Source: a virus
Taxonomy: Duplodnaviria; Caudoviricetes
Reading direction: 5' to 3' (one strand)
DNA: 38,868 bases
IMG/VR virus record: IMGVR_UViG_3300046823_000207
Coordinates: 1-38,868 of that record
This document shows positions 34,593 through 38,868 of the stretch, in pieces. A program made the translations under genes and the position numbers. How positions within the stretch are numbered: position 1 is the first letter of the stretch; each line of letters opens with the position of its first letter. The notes below the pieces were generated by a model. The model searched no databases and was not told where the DNA came from. It saw only the letters and a program-made list of their open reading frames with translations.

Positions 34593-34715
34593 ATGGCCGT
34601 TCCCGGCCATCTCACGATCGTCATCTTCGCTGGCGAGACGGAAGCCACGATGGCGGCGCAACTGGGCGAGCTGATCGGCCCGACAACCGTGGTCGATCAG
34701 AAGGCGCCGATTTGA
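34593..34715 (+). CDS. Small hypothetical protein
   Basis: 40-aa ORF after GGAGG, overlapping the next TTG start. Confidence 0.45.
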   Translation: MAVPGHLTIVIFAGETEATMAAQLGELIGPTTVVDQKAPI

Positions 34716-34873
34716 CCCCGGCACCGCTTCCGCGCCTGGGCCACAACCTCTCGGCGCGCCTCTGGTTCGTCGAGTATTACGACCCGCAGCTCGGGCTCTG
34801 CCGCCTGTGGTTCACGTCCCAGCGCGAGGCGCAGCGCATCCTGCGGAAGGCGCGCGCGATGGTGCAGGCATGA
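34712..34873 (+). CDS. Small hypothetical protein
   Basis: TTGA and ATGA overlaps; alternatively starts at 34589. Confidence 0.5.
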   Translation: MTPAPLPRLGHNLSARLWFVEYYDPQLGLCRLWFTSQREAQRILRKARAMVQA

Positions 34874-35952
34874 AACCGAGCCGATCAACGAGTCTGATTG
34901 TTCTGCCCGGAGCCAGCGAGCGCCCGCTGCCGATTCTGGTGCAGGGATGTCGCCAGATTTTCGCGCAGCGGCGCGACTTGATTGACCGGGCGGATCTGCG
35001 CTGGGCGGACCAAACTCGACGAACGTCTGCAGCCATTGAGCATCTCGTCAAGGACCGCGCAGCGCGGGGCGATGTGATGCGGGCGACGCGCGTGCTTGAG
35101 TGCGCGGTCGGCGCTGCATTAGGACCCGGAGCGACTGGACGTCCGCAGAAAAAAAGGTTACTTGCAAGTAACCTTTCGACCGTCAAAGCGATTCCGAAAA
35201 TCGACCGCAGTCGGTTTCGCTTGATGTACGAGTACCGCGACACATGGCTCGACGAGCTCGAGCAGACGCCGCTGTCGCGGGCCGAAGTCTTGGTGCGGAT
35301 CGAACGCGTGCGCGGCGATCTGGCCCAGGCGCAGGTCCGCGCCGCCGCCTTCGCGCCAGACCCGCGGTTCGTGCACGGCGACTTTCGCGAGGTCGCCGCC
35401 ACAATTCCCGATCGCACAGTCGCCCTGATCATTGCCGACCCGCCGTGGGCCCAGGAGTCGATCCCGCTCTATGCCGCCCTGGCCGAGATCGCCGCCCGCG
35501 TGCTCGCGCGTGGGGGATCGCTCGTCACCTACGCTGGGCAGTATGCCGTCCCGCGGATCTACGACTGCGTGCGACCGCATCTGCGCCCGTGGTGGATCTT
35601 CGCGGGCGTGATGGACCCGGGACCGTTCGCCCGGATGCGCGAGTACGGGGTGATCGTCCGGTGGAAGCCGCTGCTCTGGTTTGTGCGCGAGACGTACGGC
35701 CGGCCGCATGGCTTTATCGAAGATCTAACGAGTACCGCAAAAGACAAGAAGACGTTTCACAAATGGCAACAGGGACAAGCCCACGCGCGCGATCTGATCG
35801 CGCGGTTGAGTGTGCCTGGCGATCTCGTCTTCGATCCATTCTGCGGGGGCGGGACGACGGCGGCGGCGGCCGTGGCGAGCCAGCGGCGGATATTGACCTG
35901 TGATATCGATGCCGCCGCCATCCGGCAAGCGCAACGGCGGATTGAGCGATGA
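34870..35952 (+). CDS. N6-adenine/N4-cytosine DNA methyltransferase (beta order) with N-terminal extension
   Basis: IIADPPW, HKWQQ, VFDPFCGGGTT. Confidence 0.9.
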   Translation: MKPSRSTSLIVLPGASERPLPILVQGCRQIFAQRRDLIDRADLRWADQTRRTSAAIEHLVKDRAARGDVMRATRVLECAVGAALGPGATGRPQKKRLLASNLSTVKAIPKIDRSRFRLMYEYRDTWLDELEQTPLSRAEVLVRIERVRGDLAQAQVRAAAFAPDPRFVHGDFREVAATIPDRTVALIIADPPWAQESIPLYAALAEIAARVLARGGSLVTYAGQYAVPRIYDCVRPHLRPWWIFAGVMDPGPFARMREYGVIVRWKPLLWFVRETYGRPHGFIEDLTSTAKDKKTFHKWQQGQAHARDLIARLSVPGDLVFDPFCGGGTTAAAAVASQRRILTCDIDAAAIRQAQRRIER

Positions 35953-36386
35953 CCGCCACCGGCTTCACACACGAGCGCGCCACGCCGCACCAAGAGGCCC
36001 TACGCCAAGTCTTCGGCGAGCTCGCGCGTCGTGGGTACCGACCGCGCGAACTAGAAGTCTCGGGTGATCGGCCCGACGTGCGGATCACTGACGCGGATCA
36101 ATGCCCCGCCTATGTTGACGTGAAGGTGCCGCAACCAGGATCGGGCAATATCGCGGTCAAGCTCCGGGCATTGGAAACGTATGAACGGATCGTGCTCATG
36201 GAGCAGCGTCACGTCTACATCGTGGTGATCGGTACCGATGGGCGGTGGACCGTGGACACGGTCGACACGGCGCGGGCCCGCATCATTCAGGGACCGCGAC
36301 GCCGATCAGGCAACGGCAGCCGGACCGACTGGGTTTTGATTGCTTGCGGCGGCACGGATTTCGACGACTACTTCCCATCGATCTGA
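35949..36386 (+). CDS. PD-(D/E)xK nuclease-like protein
   Basis: RPD...YVDVK; ATGA-coupled to the methylase. Confidence 0.7.
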   Translation: MTATGFTHERATPHQEALRQVFGELARRGYRPRELEVSGDRPDVRITDADQCPAYVDVKVPQPGSGNIAVKLRALETYERIVLMEQRHVYIVVIGTDGRWTVDTVDTARARIIQGPRRRSGNGSRTDWVLIACGGTDFDDYFPSI

Positions 36387-36396
36387 AGGGCCGTAA

Positions 36397-37410
36397 ATGG
36401 ACATAGAAACAAGCACAGCAACCCCCGCGGCCGCGATTGCCGACGGCATCGGCGAGGCGTGGAGCCGGTTCCTGGCGCGCTCGGCGCGGCCGCAGAGTCC
36501 GCATCCGTACGTCTACGCGTCGGCGTTTCGCACGTGCGACCGGCGCGCCGCGCTCGAGCTCACCGTGCCCGACCAGCAACCGCCGTTCTCGCCCGAGCTG
36601 CTGGCCAAGTTCCGCCGCGGCGACGACCGGGAGCGCGATCTGCTCGCCGACCTCACGCGCATCGGCCGAGATAGCGAACCGAGCTTCAAGGTGATCAGCC
36701 AGCAGGAGCGGTTCACGCTGCGCGATCACAAGGCGCGCACCGCCATCGTCGGCAAGGTGGACGCGCGGCTCGAAGTCGCCGGCGCCAGGCCGCCGCTCGA
36801 AGTGAAGGCCTGGTCGCCGCTGATGACCGATCGCATCGAGCGGTTCGCGGACCTTTTCGAGAACCCGTGGACGCAGGCCGGCGCGCACCAGTTGCTCGCG
36901 TATCTGTTCGCTGCCGGCGAGCCCTACGGCTTCCTGCTCCTCGACCGCTCGGGTCTGCCGAAACTGATCCCGGTCGAGCTCGAGCCGAACCTCGAGCGCG
37001 TCGAGGACTTCCTGGCGAAGGCCGAGCGGGTGCTGGACCACGTCGACGCCGGCACGCTGCCCGACTACCTGGCGGGCGAGCCTGACGAATGCCGGCGCTG
37101 CCCGTTTTACGGCGGCACGTGCAACCCGCCGCTCGAGAGCACCGGCGTCGCGACCATCCTCGCCGAACCCGAGCTCGAGGCCGCGCTCGAACGGCGCGAA
37201 GCCATCAAGGCGATCGGCAAGGAATACGCCGACCTCGACAAGGAAATCAAAGATCGGCTGCGCGGCGTCACCCACGGCATCGCCGGCAAGTTCAGCATCA
37301 CCGGGCGCTGGGGCAAACAATCGCGGCTCGAGCTGCCGGCGGCGCTCAAGACGCAATACACGAAGACCGATCCGCACGGACGGTTCACGCTCGAAATCAC
37401 CAAGCTCTAA
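36397..37410 (+). CDS. Cas4-like PD-(D/E)xK exonuclease
   Basis: GKVD..LEVK, QLLAY, one N-terminal Cys plus CRRCPFYGGTC. Confidence 0.85.
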   Translation: MDIETSTATPAAAIADGIGEAWSRFLARSARPQSPHPYVYASAFRTCDRRAALELTVPDQQPPFSPELLAKFRRGDDRERDLLADLTRIGRDSEPSFKVISQQERFTLRDHKARTAIVGKVDARLEVAGARPPLEVKAWSPLMTDRIERFADLFENPWTQAGAHQLLAYLFAAGEPYGFLLLDRSGLPKLIPVELEPNLERVEDFLAKAERVLDHVDAGTLPDYLAGEPDECRRCPFYGGTCNPPLESTGVATILAEPELEAALERREAIKAIGKEYADLDKEIKDRLRGVTHGIAGKFSITGRWGKQSRLELPAALKTQYTKTDPHGRFTLEITKL

Positions 37411-37419
37411 GGCGCCCTC

Positions 37420-38181
37420 ATGCTCTATCTCGACGACACGTTAGCCAGCCATCCGAAGATCTTGAAAGCGGGGGAAATTATCGGCCGCAACGGGCAAGCG
37501 TTGGCGCTCGCGATGTACGTGCACGGGTTGACGTATGCACGCACGCACACGACGGATGGCTTCATTCCCGACGAATTTATTCGATCGTGTTCCGCTTTTT
37601 TTTCGCCTGGGGCAATTGCGCGGACGCTCGCGACGCGCAGTGTCCGGTTATGGGAACGGCGTCCCGGCGGCTACCAGATCCACGACTACCACGACTGGAA
37701 CCGCAAAGCCTCTGAAATCAAGGAACAACGGGAAAAATGGCGCGAGAAAAAGGCCGCCCAACGACGCGGCGGCAACGGGCAGATGTCCCTCGGGTTGTCC
37801 CCCGGGGACAGTCGCCCTGTCTCGCAAATGTCCCACCGTGACTCGCGCGCGCGTACGCGATCCCATGATCCACGTACCACGGACACCGTGGGGGACAGTA
37901 CCTCCAAGCCACGATCGACACGTACGGGTTTTTGTACGTTCCGTGTACTAACCGCACGCTGTCGCGCGCGGGATGTGGAAAACCGGAAAACGAAAACCCC
38001 GACGCACAAGATCCTCTGCGCGATGCTCCGCGACGAGCTCGCTGTCACGGCGTCGCTCGCTGACGCGATTGAAGGGGTCAAGGTGCGCTGCGCGCGGCAG
38101 GGGTTCGCGTATCCCGACGGAGATCGTCTCGACGGCGCCGTCATGGCGTTCACGTGCAGCCGACGAAAGGTGCCGGCATGA
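37420..38181 (+). CDS. Putative replication initiator
   Basis: HPK, TDGFIP, LWE...GYQIHDYHDWN, then a basic helix and a repeat-containing linker. Confidence 0.7.
   Translation: MLYLDDTLASHPKILKAGEIIGRNGQALALAMYVHGLTYARTHTTDGFIPDEFIRSCSAFFSPGAIARTLATRSVRLWERRPGGYQIHDYHDWNRKASEIKEQREKWREKKAAQRRGGNGQMSLGLSPGDSRPVSQMSHRDSRARTRSHDPRTTDTVGDSTSKPRSTRTGFCTFRVLTARCRARDVENRKTKTPTHKILCAMLRDELAVTASLADAIEGVKVRCARQGFAYPDGDRLDGAVMAFTCSRRKVPA
37783..37900. repeat. TGTCC/GGACA iteron-like cluster, possible origin
   Basis: tgtccc occurs three times, palindrome tgtcccccggggaca, further ggaca copies downstream. Confidence 0.5.
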
Positions 38182-38696
38182 CGTCGCCGCGGCGCGTCAC
38201 GTTCACCGTGGCTGGCGTCGCCCAACCGAAGGGCAGCGCGCAAGCGTTCGTCCCGCTCAAGTGGGCGAAGGCGGCGGTCGCACAAGGCCGGGCGCCTCGC
38301 GCCATCGTGACGTCCGATAACCCACGCGCGAAGAGCTGGCAGCAGCTCGTCGCCGAGCAGGCGCAGACTGTGGCCGGCGACGTGTTTCTCGGCGCCGTCG
38401 TCCTGACGGTGACGTTCTTCTTGCCGCGCCCGGTCTCGCTGTCGCACAAGATCCGGCACCACGTGACCAAACCGGACAGCGACAAGCTCGCCCGGAACGT
38501 GCTCGACGCGCTCACGGGCATTCTGTATCTCGACGACAAGCAAGTCGTCGATCTGCACGTGCGGAAGTGTTACGCGTGCTACCCGACCGGTCCGCGCGCG
38601 ACGATTACCCTCGAGGACGCGGTCCCGCCCGAACTGGGCGACGGGTCGCTCTTCGACGACCAGGAGGATGCATGGCGAAAAAGACAGCAGCGATGA
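38178..38696 (+). CDS. rusA: RusA-family Holliday junction resolvase
   Basis: QPKGS, FFLPRP, KPDSDKLARNVLDALTG..YLDDKQVV. Confidence 0.93.
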   Translation: MTSPRRVTFTVAGVAQPKGSAQAFVPLKWAKAAVAQGRAPRAIVTSDNPRAKSWQQLVAEQAQTVAGDVFLGAVVLTVTFFLPRPVSLSHKIRHHVTKPDSDKLARNVLDALTGILYLDDKQVVDLHVRKCYACYPTGPRATITLEDAVPPELGDGSLFDDQEDAWRKRQQR

Positions 38697-38827
38697 AGCC
38701 GACGAAGCCGCGCAGCGCCCCGTTGCCCGGGATGGAAGACCACGCGATCCGGCCCCTCGAGACGCTCGCCCACGAGTACGCGGACATTCGCGATCGGCGG
38801 ATGGAGCTCGTCAGCGTGGAAGGCTGA
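38672..38827 (+). CDS. Hypothetical protein, possibly truncated at the assembly junction
   Basis: AGGAGG site; LPGMEDHAI..LE..AHEYADIRDRRMEL runs into terminal repeat B. Confidence 0.6.
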   Translation: MAKKTAAMKPTKPRSAPLPGMEDHAIRPLETLAHEYADIRDRRMELVSVEG

Positions 38828-38868
38828 GACTTATGAGTAAACGCCGCAACGGAGTCGACAAAGCGATC

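Noticed and set aside
36397-37410. CRISPR-Cas system suggested by the Cas4-like gene
   Set aside because: No repeat-spacer array or other cas genes; solo Cas4-like exonucleases are common in phage recombination modules.

Overview
The window is an essentially complete, high-GC temperate siphovirus genome in its excised (attP) form. Plus strand: HNH, terS, terL, a fused prohead protease-capsid gene, portal, a collagen-like gene, a five-gene glycosylation/methylation cassette, neck and tail genes with a -1 frameshifted chaperone, tape measure, tail hub and a very large fibre. Exported and membrane proteins and a glycoside-hydrolase-like pair follow, with no recognisable endolysin. A minus-strand lysogeny operon carries two paralogous XRE repressors, several single-domain proteins, a tyrosine integrase and an attP copying the 3' half of tRNA-Glu. 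The plus-strand early region has cro, xis, recombination genes, a DNA methylase-nuclease pair, a replication gene and rusA. The strongest candidates for new biology are: (1) a tail fibre with a Sec signal peptide and six neighbouring Cys pairs, followed by three more exported proteins; (2) a virion glycosylation cassette with a recurring Gly-Ser-Pro motif in virion proteins; (3) stand-alone 'decoy' domains in the lysogeny operon, including a conserved copy of the integrase N-terminus across attP; (4) a host-type parS site. The contig ends overlap inconsistently, so a segment may be missing. All family calls come from motif recognition by eye, not from database searches.
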